57,050 nt of DNA from Reclinomonas americana ATCC 50394 (taxonomy: Eukaryota), in the NCBI GenBank assembly GCA_048213135.1, contig PS015031.1:6114-63163 (forward strand). Direction: 5' to 3'. Position 1 is the first letter of the stretch. Each line of letters begins with the position of its first letter. Positions 23,834 through 37,198 of the stretch are shown one piece after another. Below the pieces are notes generated by a model. The model did no database searches, was not told the DNA's origin, and saw only the letters and a list, made by a program, of their open reading frames with translations. Both the position numbers and the translations under genes were made by a program.

Positions 23834-25205
23834 GCTGCGATCACGGCCAGAAAGAGAGTGTGTGTGTGAGAGAGAGAGAGAGAGGGGAAGGGGGGGGGGG
23901 GGAGGGGAGAGGAGGAGGAGGAGGAGAGAGAGAGAGNNNNNNNNNNNNNNNNNNNNNNNNNNNNNNNNNNNNNNNNNNNNNNNNNNNNNNNNNNNNNNNN
24001 NNNNNNNNNNNNNNNNNNNNNNNNNNNNNNNNNNNNNNNNNNNNNNNNNNNNNNNNNNNNNNNNNNNNNNNNNNNNNNNNNNNNNNNNNNNNNNNNNNNN
24101 NNNNNNNNNNNNNNNNNNNNNNNNNNNNNNNNNNNNNNNNNNNNNNNNNNNNNNNNNNNNNNNNNNNNNNNNNNNNNNNNNNNNNNNAATAAAGCCCTAT
24201 TCAGGACAAGTTCTCGGCCGCGGGAATTCGAACCCAAGAGGCGCTCTCGTCACACGTTACGAGAAAGAGTCAATACTGATGTGACATTTATGTCTTGCAT
24301 ACAGCGAGGGCGATCTCTGATCTGCTGACACAAAAAATCAATGATGCCATCTAACAACTGCACCCGTGGCGCTCAAGATTTTGCAAAGAGACAGGGAAGT
24401 GAATTCATCCCACGGACTCCACTCATCTCTTCTCATTCGCCCCATTTTTTCATTCTCACGCAACCTCCCTCGCTCTCATGCACATCACCTCATGGCTCAC
24501 TTCTTCTCCAGCCTTCTCAAATGTCGCACCCGACCATCACCTTCCGTGGGCGACGACAGCGAAGATCCAGAGGACGGCAAGGAGGGGCCCTCTATCCAGT
24601 CGCACACACACAGAGACAGCACGTTGAGTTACTTCAACAGACTTCTCTTGACAAAAAAGAAAGCGCAGTAATTCATCATGCTCTCTCTCTACAATACNNN
24701 NNNNNNNNNNNNNNNNNNNNNNNNNNNNNNNNNNNNNNNNNNNNNNNNNNNNNNNNNNNNNNNNNNNNNNNNNNNNNNNNNNNNNNNNNNNNNNNNNNNN
24801 NNNNNNNNNNNNNNNNNNNNNNNNNNNNNNNNNNNNNNNNNNNNNNNNNNNNNNNNNNNNNNNNNNNNNNNNNNNNNNNNNNNNNNNNNNNNNNNNNNNN
24901 NNNNNNNNNNNNNNNNNNNNNNNNNNNNNNNNNNNNNNNNNNNNNNNNNNNNNNNNNNNNNNNNNNNNNNNNNNNNNNNNNNNNNNNNNNNNNNNNNNNN
25001 NNNNNNNNNNNNNNNNNNNNNNNNNNNNNNNNNNNNNNNCACACACACACACACAGACACACACACACACACACATGCACGCACGCACGCGATCTCCCAT
25101 TTGAATTCCCTCATAACCCTCTTCCCACATGGACAGCTCTCTGTACGAAAATCGCTCCTCATGGCGCTGATCTCAAGTCTCTATTCACCTTGTTTGTCGC
25201 ATCGG

Positions 25206-25262
<57 letters not shown>

Positions 25263-25274
25263 TCGTATTCCCTC

Positions 25275-28200
25275 TTAATATTCTTCCCCGACTGACAGCG
25301 GTCGACTCGAAGAAAGCATTGCAGTCTATTGCTGACTCTCCTCTCTCCCTCCCTCCCTCTCCCTCCCTCCCTCCCTCTCCCCCTCCCCCCACTCACCCGC
25401 TCGCACCCCATCCCCACTACTCGACTCCACACGGCGGCGGCTGGTCGGCGGCGCCTCCACCACCTCGCCATCTTCACCGTACTCCGGCGCGGCCCTCTTG
25501 GAGCCAGCAAACCGCTTGCTCACCCGCACCGGCGCATCCAGCTCATCATCGTCGGCATCGGCCACTGGCGCAGGTGCCGCTGCCACCGCCACGGCCACCA
25601 CCGGTGCAGACGCCACCTCCTCCTCCTCATCCTCCTCCACCCGCTCCTCCATCTCCTCCTCCTCCTCTGCCGGTGGCACATCCTCGTCCTCGGCCTCGCC
25701 TTCCTCGCCGGCATCGTCGGCGCGACTGTGTCTCCGCGACCCACTCATATCGTCGTCGGCCTCGCCCTCCTCCGCATCCTCACTGTGGCGGCGACGACCG
25801 CCACGCTTCGTCGACACATCATCAATCTCACCATCTTCGTCGACGCGCCTCGACGGACCCTCCGGCACCATCGTCTCCTCCTCCTCTTCTTCCTCGTTTG
25901 CGACACCCTCCTCGCCTTCCTCCTGCTCCACCACCTCGTCCTCTTCGGCCTCACCGTCCTCCGGGCGCACAGCATGCGCGCCTGCCGATTCGCCGTCGTC
26001 CATCTCCACATCGCCGTCGTCCTGTTCGTCCCCATCGGCCGCCTCCGAATCTGCAGCGCCGGCACCGTCGGCAGTCGCAGAAGCACCAGCAGCAGCGGCA
26101 GCGGCAGCGGCAGCAGCGGCAGCAGCAGCACCGGTAGCAGATGCGGATGCGGCAGCGGTGCCGGCAGTGGCTGCACCAGCAGCGGCCGGCTTGATGCCCA
26201 ACATGTGCGGAATCAGCTCGTCCGAGATGTCAATCTTGCTCGCCAGCAACAGCGGTTCCTCACGCTGAATGAGGCGAATGGCCTTCCACAGGAATGTCTG
26301 CGATGATTGGGGGGAGATGTGAGCGAGATGACATTTGAAGTAACCGCGAGCATGGAGACGCAACTCGATCCTTCGACAACTTCTCCTCGTCGGTCAAGTT
26401 CTCCTCCGGATCAAAGTCGGCACGCGTCTGCTCCAGGAAGTCGACGGCGTGGTGGTATGGCACGCGATCTGCATCCGACTGGGGAGAAGAAAAAGAATGC
26501 GAGTGAGCAGCGAACAGGATACATGGCTTGAGCGGGAGTAATGAGGGAAACGGATACAAAACAAGGGCAGCATTATGAAAGGGAAGTGGAAGGAGAACGT
26601 AAACACAACGCGGAATGCAGAGAGAAACTGGTGAATGTGTGATCTCCTCTCGTTCTTTCTCTCTTTCTTTGATTGCTTCTTTCTCTTTTCACTGCTCTGT
26701 TACTTGACTGTCTGTTCCCTCACACACTCACACACTTTCGCGCTCCTATATTGCGCTCGCAGTTAGTCTCTCTCTTCTTCTCGCTTGAATGCAGCTTGGC
26801 TCGACGTTTTTTCTCGCGCTTCCCTCTGTTGCACTCGCGTATTGGTTCTCTCTGTCTCTTTTCTCGCTTGAATACTTCTTTGCTTAATTTCCTCATCTCT
26901 TTCTCGCTCACCTATATTGCTCTCGCGTATAGTCTCGTCCTCGTTTGAATGCTGCTTGGCTTGCCTACTATTGTCTCTCTCTCTCACACGTTTTGCTTAC
27001 CTGTATTGCACTCTCGTCTGGTTGCTCTCATCTTTCCACTGAGAATTCTTCTCTTCCAATCACCGATCTGTTGCTTGACTCGCACACTCTTTCTCTCTCT
27101 CTTGCTCGCTCTTTCAGTTCCCAGATGTTCCCTTTTTCCAAGCCTTGTCCCGCACCATTCCCACCCCACTCAACAACCCTCGCAAATATCTTCTTCCTCA
27201 GCACCCCCAAACTCACCAGTTCCACATGCTGCTGCCACAACCGCGACAGCTGCGTGTTGCCCATCACAAGCCGCTCGGCCGGCAGCCGCGAAGGAAACGC
27301 CTCGCGCACGCTCACATTCGCCGGCAACGCCGCCGACGCATCGGAGGGCCGCTCAAACGCCACGCACTTGTTCAGCTTCCACGCCACCCAATAGTCCTCG
27401 CGCTCTAATATGCGCTCCACGTCGGCACGGAACGCCGCACCGTCGGGAACTGTGGCATCCAGCAAACGGAGTGCCTTCTCACGCAGTTGTGCCAGTGTGT
27501 CGCCCTGCTCCGCGTTGAGAGTCGGCGCCTTGGGCCACTTGCTCGGACCGGCACGCAGATAATCGACAAGTGTCAACAGTTGCACCAGCTGCTGGCGACG
27601 GAAGGCGGGATCGCGCAATTGCAGGGCCAGCAGGCGCGGCGAGGTCAAGTACTTGGGCGAGAAGAAGGACGTATCGGTGCCGTCGTGCGCATCACTCGCC
27701 GACGGCTGCAACTGACGGTGCGACGCCATGACCTCCATGACACGACTGCAGCCCTTGGCAAAGTTGTCGAATCCACCAGCTGCGGCACCGCAAAAAAATG
27801 GTCAAACAGCGAAGAGATTGTGTGTGCGCCTGTGTGAGCGTCGACATTACCAGCAGTAAAGAACTTGTTGGGGTCGCTGTAGAATTGCTGCAGGGTCCAC
27901 AGCGTGCGATACAACGTGTAGTCGATGTGCGTGTCACTGTCGTCGACATCGAGCGCAGCGTCGAGGCCGTCGGCGGCCGCGACACTGCGCACCTGGGTCA
28001 CGTTGTCGGTGTTGAAGGCGCCGGCCAGGTTGACGCCGGCGCGCTCGGTGAGCGGAAACAGTTGCGAGGAGAAGAGGCGCACACGACCGCACGAGGCCGT
28101 GTCCTGTGTGCGTGACAGGCGCTCCAGAATCTCCTTGCAGAGCTGCCCGAGACGGGCCTTGTACCACACGTTGTGGAAGAGGTGCGGGTGCTGAGCGGAG

Positions 28201-28690
28201 GGATGAGAGGGGAAGAGAGAGAGGAGGGGGGAGGAGAGAGAGGCGCGCAACTGCAAACTCGGCAGCTCGTGTCTCCACACACTCAAACAGACGCATGCAG
28301 TCGGGCACAGCGTGCGCGGCAAACACATCCATGAGCACCCACAACACGAGAGACTCGTCACCCCACAGTGGTTCAGGTGACACGCTCGGCTCGGCGGGTG
28401 CACACATGGCCATGAGGACATCGATGAACGACGACAGCTGCTCGTTGGTGATGCCGGAGGGGCCGGAGAGTTTCTGGAGAGACAGAGAGAAAGGGAGAGA
28501 GAGAGAGTGAGTCAACAAGTGGATGCAAGCAGATCAGCATCCGGTTGCCTTTTTCACGCTCAACAAGCGCAGTCAGCGCATCACGTCGCTTTTTCTTCTC
28601 GCAGTGTGTAGACACGAAGACAGCGCTCGTTTAACAAGAAGTCTTCCTGATCTCGCTCCCTCCCTTCGCAATGTAGTCATCTCCAAGTCG
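25275..28690 (-). CDS. THOC1: THO complex subunit 1 (Hpr1) with a long acidic C-terminal tail
   Basis: Motifs LCKEILERLSRTQDT..CGRVRLF.SQLFPLTERAGVNLAGAFN.DNVT, DYTLYRTLWTLQQFYSDP, FFSPKYLTSPRLLALQLRDPAFRRQ.LVQ, ILEREDYWVAWKLNKC, MGNTQLSRLW. First and last exons uncertain. Confidence 0.92.
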
Positions 28691-29480
28691 CCATGCATGC
28701 AACTCTTCCAACAAACACCGTCAACGCACTCTTCTCTCTCCTGTTCTCGCTCTTCAAGTTGCACGTATCTCAACAAGCAGCGTCAATGCACTCTTCCCAC
28801 GCTTCTCACCCTCTGTGCTCAAATGCAGACTGCAAATCTCTCAACAAGCAGTCTCCTTATTCTCTCTCTCTCTCTCTTGTCCAGTGTGCAGCGGATTGAC
28901 TGTTGCTTTGCATGCAACTCTCAACGCGCAGCGTCAATGCACTTTTCCTTCTCTTCTCGCCCTTTCTGCTCAAAGGCAGCCATATCAAAGCCCCCCATGC
29001 ACTTCAACAAGCAGGGTACACGCACTCTTCCCTGTCTTCTCTCTCTGTGTTCAAATAGCAGACTGCGACTCTCTCTCTCTCTCTCTCTCTCTGCAGTCTC
29101 TTGACAGTTGCGTTGCGTGCAACTCTGACAGTCTCCTTGTGCCCCTATGTTCCCTCCCCATTGCCCTCCTCTCGTTCTCTCTTCAAGTTGCAGACGCTTG
29201 GACGTCGCGTCGCATGCAACTCTCAACAAGCAGTCTCCTTGTTCTCTCTCACTCTCTCTCTACTCTTCACGATTGCTTGCATGCAACTCTTATCAAGTAG
29301 TCTCCTTGTGCTCTCTCACTCTCTCTCTCTCTCTCTGTGCAGACGCTTGAACGTCGCGTCGCATGCACCTCTAAACAAGCAGTCTCCTTGTGCTCTCACT
29401 CTCTCTCTGCAGACTCTTCACGGTTGCTTTGCATGCAACTCTAAACAAGCAGTCTCCTTGTTCTCTCTCTCTCTCTCCCT
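28690..29480. repeat. Degenerate intergenic minisatellite, core gcatgcaactctcaacaagcagtctcctt followed by (CT)n
   Basis: Core recurs at about 28695, 28830, 28910, 29212, 29279, 29361 and 29431. Confidence 0.8.
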
Positions 29481-30108
29481 CCCTCCCTTCCCTTCCCCCT
29501 CCCTTCCCCTCCCTCCCTCCCTCCCCCTCCCTTCCCTCTCCTCCCCCTCCCCCTTCTTTCCCCACTCACCACCAACTCCATCACCACCGCTCGACACACA
29601 TGCTCAATCGTGTTTCGCGCATTCGACCCTCCTCGTCCCCACGTCGCCGCATCCATCTCCATCTCCCCACTAAACACCTCCCGCAGAGTCGCATCCACAT
29701 GCAAAGGCGACACTCCACGCGTCCCTGTTCTCACCCACTCAAGAAGTTGACCCTGACAGAGAGAAAGAGGCAAAGTGAGAAGTCTGTCACAATGCAGTCT
29801 CTCTCTCTCTCCACACACACACACACACACACTTTCACACACAGACACACTCACACAATGCAGTCTGTGAGTGTTTCTTACTCTCTCTTTGCCTCTCATA
29901 AAAGTGCGCGACATGTCAGAACAACTCGCGTGCACACTCTCACTTGCCTTCAACGCTGCAGCCATTGTGTAAAGCGGGAGAAGTGTAAGCGACTGCACAC
30001 ACTCTCTTCTGCCTTTCGGTGCTTGTGAATGTTGTTCAGAGGGCGGGAATGCACGAGGACAACTCGACTTCGACGTTCATATCATAAAGTTTTCCGACTT
30101 TGCCCCTA

Positions 30109-32821
30109 TCACCGACGCCGCCTATCATCGTCATCATTGCGCGCCCGTCGCTTCCGATCGGGGCTGTCTCTCCTGCGTGGCGGCGATCGATCTCTCCTTC
30201 TCCTGCTGTCGTCGTCGTCGTTCCCTCCATCGTCGTCGTCGTCATCATCGTCACGACGTCGCTTCTGCCAGCGACCGGCCGCATTGGCCGTGGATCGTGG
30301 AGCAGGAGCGCCCTCTGCGTCGGCGTTCTCCTCAAACTCTTTCCGCGCGTCCACCATGATGTAGTGGCCTCGCGTGGGTCCATCCGAGCGATCCTGTCTC
30401 CCNNNNNNNNNNNNNNNNNNNNNNNNNNNNNNNNNNNNNNNNNNNNNNNNNNNNNNNNNNNNNNNNNNNNNNNNNNNNNNNNNNNNNNNNNNNNNNNNNN
30501 NNNNNNNNNNNNNNNNNNNNNNNNNNNNNNNNNNNNNNNNNNNNNNNNNNNNNNNNNNNNNNNNNNNNNNNNNNNNNNNNNNNNNNNNNNNNNNNNNNNN
30601 NNNNNNNNNNNNNNNNNNNNNNNNNNNNNNNNNNNNNNNNNNNNNNNNNNNNNNNNNNNNNNNNNNNNNNNNNNNNNNNNNNNNNNNNNNNNNNNNNNNN
30701 NNNNNNNNNNNNNNNNNNNNNNNNNNNNNNNNNNNNNNNNNNNNNNNNNNNNNNNNNNNNNNNNNNNNNNNNNNNNNNNNNNNNNNNNNNNNNNNNNNNN
30801 NNNNNNNNNNNNNNNNNNNNNNNNNNNNNNNNNNNNNNNNNNNNNNNNNNNNNNNNNNNNNNNNNNNNNNNNNNNNNNNNNNNNNNNNNNNNNNNNNNCG
30901 TCGTTCCCTCCATCGTCGTCGTCGTCATCATCGTCACGACGTCGCTTCTGCCAGCGACCGGCCGCATTGGCCGTGGATCGTGGAGCAGGAGCGCCCTCTG
31001 CGTCGGCGTTCTCCTCAAACTCTTTCCGCGCGTCCACCATGATGTAGTGGCCTCGCGTGGGTCCATCCGAGCGATCCTGTCTCCCAATCTTCAGCTGCCT
31101 GTGACGCACACCACAAACAGAGACACGCTGTGCGACTCACCGCTTGCTGGCTCTCAAATTGCAGTCGGTGGGCCATCCACGAGGCGCTCTTGGCCGCCGA
31201 CTTTTTGCCGGCCTTGGCAGCCGCCTTTTTCGCCTTTTCCTCATCCTCGCTGTCGTCATCTCCACCCGCCTCGTCTTCCTCCTCCTCCTCCTCTTCCTCA
31301 TCCTCCTCATCAGCCGCCGACTTGCCCTTGCTCTGCGCGGCGAGCTCCTCGTCGGCCTGTCGCAGCTTGTTGGTGAACTGCTGCAGCTTCTCCAGGGTCC
31401 ACTTCTCGCGCGACGAATAATTCTTCTTCTTCTCCATGTACTTTTTCCGCTGCTCCTCCAGATACGACAGCGGCTTGGATTGCTCTTGCAGTTCTGCGCG
31501 CACACGAAAACGAGTGAGCTAACTCTTCTTCCTCATCGCCGCTCCATCGCGCACGCAACTTTGTTCCCGTCGCAAGCTCTTGAATTTCAGCGTGCTCAAC
31601 CTCGCCTCCTTGTTGATCTTCTTCTTCTTCATGCGCACCTCACGCTCCGCCTCCTCGTCCAGCTCAATATCCGAATCCAGCTCGCTACCATCATCATCAC
31701 CACCACCGCCACCGCCACCACCCTCCCCATCCTCATCGTCGTCGTCATCGTCCATGCCCTTGTCAGACTCGGCTAACCGACGCTGGCGCTCCATCAGCTT
31801 GGCACGCATGGCCGCCGCAAATGCCGACGAGCCCGGTGTCAACAGCGGTTCAGCAGGGGCCAGTCCGCTCTCCTCGGCCGCCTTGCGCGTCTCCGCCGCA
31901 CGCCGGCCCGCTTCTCGCACCTACGACGCCATACCCATTATCAATACCTCGACAACCTCCACAGCCCTGCACCTCATACCCCTCCTCACCTTCTCCTTTG
32001 CCGACTCGCGCTTCTGCGCCTCGTCCTCCTCCTTCTTCCGCTTCTCGCGCACATTCTCCTTGAACTCCACCACTGTGATGCCGGGATTCTTCAAGTGAGC
32101 GGCGGTCTCCTTGGCCAGGCGCGGATCGTCGAGGGCGTCGTGCGCCGACCGAATCTTCTTCTTGGCCAGCGGCAACTCGGCCGCATCCTCGCCGTCCTCC
32201 TCACCCGCAAACGAGAGCACGCTGGTGTTGCGCACACCCTTGTCCTCCTTGCGCTTCTTACGCTCGGCCTCGGCCGCCGCCTCCGCCGCCTTGGCACCCA
32301 TGCGACCCGTGCGGACGCCCTCGCGCGGCACAATGTCTTCGAACGGGTTCCACAACACCTCCGCGCGCTGAATGACGGGCGGATACAGCGGCCGATCGTC
32401 CGTGTCCGTGTCCAGTTCGCCCATGCGCGCCACATTGTAAATCGTGTCGCCGACGACCTTGCCGAATATCGTGTGCTTGTTGTTCAGCCACTCGCACGCG
32501 CCCAGCGTGATGAAAAACTGCGATCCGTTGTCGTTGCGACCGGCATTCGCCATGGCCACAATGCCACGCCGGCCAAAGCGCAGACGCGAGTGGAATTCAT
32601 CCTCAAACGGCGCGCCGTATACCGATTCACCACCTGGGCACAAGAGGAGGAGGAGGAGGAGGTGTGAGGTGGGAGGAGGAGGAGAAAGAGGGGGAGATTT
32701 GCAGACCTTGCCCGGTGCCGGTGGGATCACCGCCTTGCATCATAAAGTTGCGAATGATGCGGTGGAAGACGACGTTTTCGTAGTAGCCTGGGAGGGAGGG
32801 CAAGAGAGGAGAACAGCGTGA

Positions 32822-32910
<89 letters not shown>

Positions 32911-32934
32911 GTAGTAGTAGTAGTAGTAGAGTAG

Positions 32935-32998
<64 letters not shown>

Positions 32999-33232
32999 TA
33001 GTGTAGACGTACGTACGTAGTACGTAGGACGAAACGAGTACGAACGNNNNNNNNNNNNNNNNNNNNNNNNNNNNNNNNNNNNNNNNNNNNNNNNNNNNNN
33101 NNNNNNNNNNNNNNNNNNNNNNNNNNNNNNNNNNNNNNNNNNNNNNNNNNNNNNNNNNNNNNNNNNNNNNNNNNNNNNNNNNNNNNNNNNNNNGTGACAA
33201 AGGATGCAAGGCAAGAGACAGAAAGTGAGTCT

Positions 33233-33264
<32 letters not shown>

Positions 33265-34250
33265 TGCAGTCATATACGAGGACGAGCGTGACAAAGGATT
33301 CAAGGCTTCAAAGCAAGAGAGAGATACAGGTCTGCAGAGAGAGGTGAACGAATGCAGAGGTCACCAGAGAGAAGCTTACAGTGAGGAAGACTGCAGAAAA
33401 TTGCAGCTCTTTCTCATTCGTCGTTCTCGCTCATCCCAAGTCTGCACGCCTACCTCTCTCTCTCCTCTCTTCAATGACCTCTGCCAGCTTCTCGCTGCTC
33501 TCTCACTCTCTCTCTCTCTCTGCCAGCTTCTCGCTGCTTTCTCACTCTCTAACACAGTCTCTCTCTATGTCTCTCTATCTCTCTCATTGTTGCCTCCTCC
33601 TTTTGCAGTTCTTTCCCAAGCAGCAGCCTTCGCTCCCCGTCGCATTCTCGTGCAGACTCCAGTCTGCATACCTCTCTCCGCTGACCTATACAGCCGACCT
33701 CTCCATCACCTTGTCGCTTTTGCATGCCGTCCTCTCTTGCAACTCGGTCACTCTCGTTGTTGCCTCCACAACTGCTCATTCTCTTGAAGCCTTTATCGCC
33801 CTCGCCCTCGCCCTTGTCTGCTGCTGCTGCTGCTCTCTCTCATTCACTCACTCACTCTCATTCACTCACTCACTCACTCATAGTTGCCTCTTCCTTTCAC
33901 AAGCTGCAACTTTCAACCCATTGTCGCCCTCACCCTGGTCCTTATCTCTGTGCTTTTCATGCACTTCTCCCTCCCTTCTCCCTTTCCTTCCTTCACTTAC
34001 CCTCCAAGCACAATTGCACAAAGTTTCGACACGCCTTGGGCGCCTCCTTCGAGAACAACTCAATATCAATGTCTCCATAGCTCGTCTGCAACACAACTCG
34101 CCCTTTTGTCTGTCACACACACAAACATAAGAGACATGTCCATCTCCACCAGGCGCACTTGTCTCAAATGTGACGCGCGTGCGTGCATGTGTGTGCAAGA
34201 GAGAGCGTGCAGCACGCAACTAGAGGCTCGTTCACGTATACTTGTGACAT
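30109..34250 (-). CDS. CWC27: Spliceosome-associated cyclophilin CWC27
   Basis: [135 protein letters not shown]. Confidence 0.95.
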
Positions 34251-34326
34251 GGTGTGCGCGCGAAAACAACAAACGCGTGCGATCGAAGTGGACAGTCCTG
34301 CGGGACTACGCTTTTGTTGCACACAA
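34251..34326. promoter_or_regulatory. 76-bp head-to-head intergenic region (candidate bidirectional promoter) between CWC27 and DDX49
   Basis: Divergent ATGs at 34250 (-) and 34327 (+); contains gcgcgaaa at 34258-34265. Confidence 0.6.
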
Positions 34327-34767
34327 ATGTCGGAGCCAAGGAAACGACGACACAAGAAGGAGGAAGTGGAGGAGGAGGAGGAGGAAGAAGAAGAGGAAGA
34401 AGAGGAGGTCGCTGCTGTGTCCTCTGAAGAAGAGGAAGAAGAGGAAGTCGAAGTCAGCGCGACGTTTCCGTCACTTGGGCTGAGCCCGTGGCTGTGCGAT
34501 GTGTGCCGTGCGCTCGGCCTGCGCGACCCCACACCCATTCAGTGTCAGGCGATTCCACCGATCCTCGCTGGTGAGTGCTTTTTACGGCCATGTGCACATT
34601 CACATCATCCACTCTTTGTCTCACACAAACACTGCACACACAGGTCGCGATGTGGTTGGTCGATCAGAGACCGGAAGTGGCAAGACAGCGGCCTTTGCTC
34701 TACCCATTTTGGATAGTCTCTCGCGGGAACCTTATGGCATCTTTGCGCTGGTGCTGACGCCCACGCG
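34327..34767 (+). CDS. DDX49: DEAD-box RNA helicase DDX49/Dbp8, first two exons only
   Basis: Q motif [11 protein letters not shown]...PTPIQ, motif [31 protein letters not shown]; the rest is lost at gap 34856-34875. Confidence 0.88.
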
Positions 34768-34773
34768 GTGAGT

Positions 34774-34855
<82 letters not shown>

Positions 34856-34883
34856 NNNNNNNNNNNNNNNNNNNNTAGAGTAG

Positions 34884-34932
<49 letters not shown>

Positions 34933-35163
34933 TGGAGGGAAGAAGAGTGATGACTGCATTGCATCGCTTTTATCAAGAGTGATTGCATGTGATCACTGCC
35001 TTCATTCTGCCACTCACACCGTCTTCTGAGGCTTTCCTCTCACTCACTCTTCGTTTCCTTTGTTCTCTCATCTTGCCACTCGCTTCCCTCTCCTTGACAA
35101 CGCACTGCATCCTTTCGCTTTGTGCGATCTCTGACACCCTTTCCCTCTCTTCTCCTATCTCAG

Positions 35164-37005
35164 GCTCGTTCGGCTCCGTCCCTCGCCTGGTCTCGCAAGT
35201 GCAACACGACTACCAGGCGCAAATGGAGGCTCGCCCCGATGTATGGTTTCGCGAGCAGTACCTGGCACTGGTGGCGTCCACGCGACAGCGAGTGGCGGCC
35301 TATGTGAACGCACCCGTGGATGATTTGGTGCTGGTGGAGAACGCCTCGAGTGGAGTCAATGCGGTGTTTCGCTCGCTGCTGGGCTCGTCAACAGAGCACG
35401 ATGTGGTGATCTACTTGCAGACGGCGTATGGCACGTGGCGGCCCGTTCACTCCCATCAGCGCAGCGGTGGTGACTGACTGAATGCATCTGTGTGTGTAAC
35501 GCACAGGCATGGTGAAGAACACGCTGCAGTGGTTGCATGCTGTGCGCGGCGTCACGCTCGTTCAAGTTACGGCCGCTGATCCTCCTCACCTCGGCATCAC
35601 GTCATCACCTCACTCAATGCTCGGGGGGCCGCAGGTGAACTTTACGCTGCCTCTCGACAGCAGTGGCAGTGATCCCATCGTGGCGGCGCTGTCCACTGCA
35701 CTCGCCAAGTACGGCTCCCGAGTGCAGATGGTGATCTACTCACACATCACGTCGGTGCCGGCCATCATTCTGCCTGTGGAGAAGATGGCCCAGTTGTGCA
35801 AGTCGCACAATGTGCCGGTGGTGGTGGTCGACGGCGCGCATGCTCTCGGTCACATTCCGGTCGATGTGCGCGCGATGCAGGGCGCAGGAGTCGATTTCTG
35901 TGAGTGTGCTTCTTGTATGCTTGCTCTCTCCCTTTGTCTTTGTCTGTTCACTCCGCATCTCATCTGTTGCCACTCGTCTTCCTGTATTCACTTTGCCACA
36001 GTTCACTTTCGATTCCCCTTACTTTCTCGACCTCTGCTTTCATTCGTCGTCCTGCTCATGCTGTAGCTCTCGTCTCTTCGTGCTCTCCAGACTAAATGCC
36101 TTTCCTTCCCCTTCCCCTTTTACCCCCTTCCCCCTTTCCCCCTTCCCCTTTATCCCCCTTCCCCTTTATCCCCCTTCCCCTTTATCCCCTTCCCCCCCTT
36201 AGACATCACCAACGCCCACAAATGGCTCTACGCACCCAAGGGCACCGCACTCATGTGGGTCAGCTCCAAGTTTCAGCAAAAGTACCGCATTGTGCCCACG
36301 GTGGTGTCGTCGAGCGGAAAGTGGGACTTGCCTGGCGAGTTTGAGTACACTGGTGAGTGTGGTTCACACTGAACAGTACACGCCTCTGCTTGCTGAGCGC
36401 GTGCACACAATGACAGGCACTCGCGACTACACGGCGTTCTGCTCGATTGGCGCTGCGCTGGATTTCCGCACCATGATTGGTGGCGACGAGAAGATCATGA
36501 CCTGGCTCCGCACACTGGCGTGGGAGGGCGGTCAGCGATTGGCCAAGGCCTGGGGCACGCGTCTTCTTGCACCCGCCGACATGACTGCTGGTGCGTGCAC
36601 GTGCAAGCAACAACATTATTGACCTTCCTTCATCTCACCATGTCACACATCAGGCATGGTGGACGTGCGGTTGCCGCCGGCCGATGAGAGCAAGTACGCT
36701 GTGCTGACGCAGCGGCTGCTCGATCAGTACGACGTGTATCTGGTGGTCTACGTTGCGTAGTGCTGGCGCGCTTTCGTTTCGTGCCACACGCAGCATTCCT
36801 CACTTTCCAACATTTCAGCCCCTCATCAACGGCGACGGCACCAAGAATGGCTGGTGGGCACGCGTGTCGGCACAGGTGTACCTCGAGTTGTCCGATGTGA
36901 GTGCCATTTGTTGTTCCTGGTCCCCTGTGCGTCTCATCGCTTACACTTGCATCGACGACGCAGTTTGATCGTGTGGCCACACTTGTGTCACAATTGCTGC
37001 AGTAG
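35164..37005 (+). CDS. Class V PLP-dependent enzyme (hercynylcysteine sulfoxide lyase Egt2 / L-cysteine desulfhydrase-like), lacking its 5' exon(s)
   Basis: GSFGSVP, VENASSGVNAVFRSL, SHITSVPAIILPV, VDGAHALG, YITNAHKWLYAPKG (PLP lysine), GTRDY, RVSAQVYLELSDFDR across 8 exons. Confidence 0.88.
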
Positions 37006-37198
37006 CAACATCATGTACATCCAGGCGGTGGTTGGCTTTTCTTTTTTAATCTTTTTCTTCGCTTATAATTGGTGGTCTCCTCGCCCACAAACACAAAGGT
37101 AGGAGAGCAAGAGAAACCTGTCGAGAGTACACCGCCACGGGCAGGAAAAAAACACTAGAAACTAATGGCTATGGGAAGGAAATCAGGAGCTGGCATTG

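Noticed and set aside
30219-31082. Apparent direct duplication of the last CWC27 exon (30219-30402 versus 30899-31082)
   Set aside because: Identical sequence on both sides of an N gap is an unmerged contig overlap
32996-33046. GTAC/TACG-rich stretches here and at 56975-57050
   Set aside because: They occur at contig ends after long microsatellites and look like pyrosequencing flow noise
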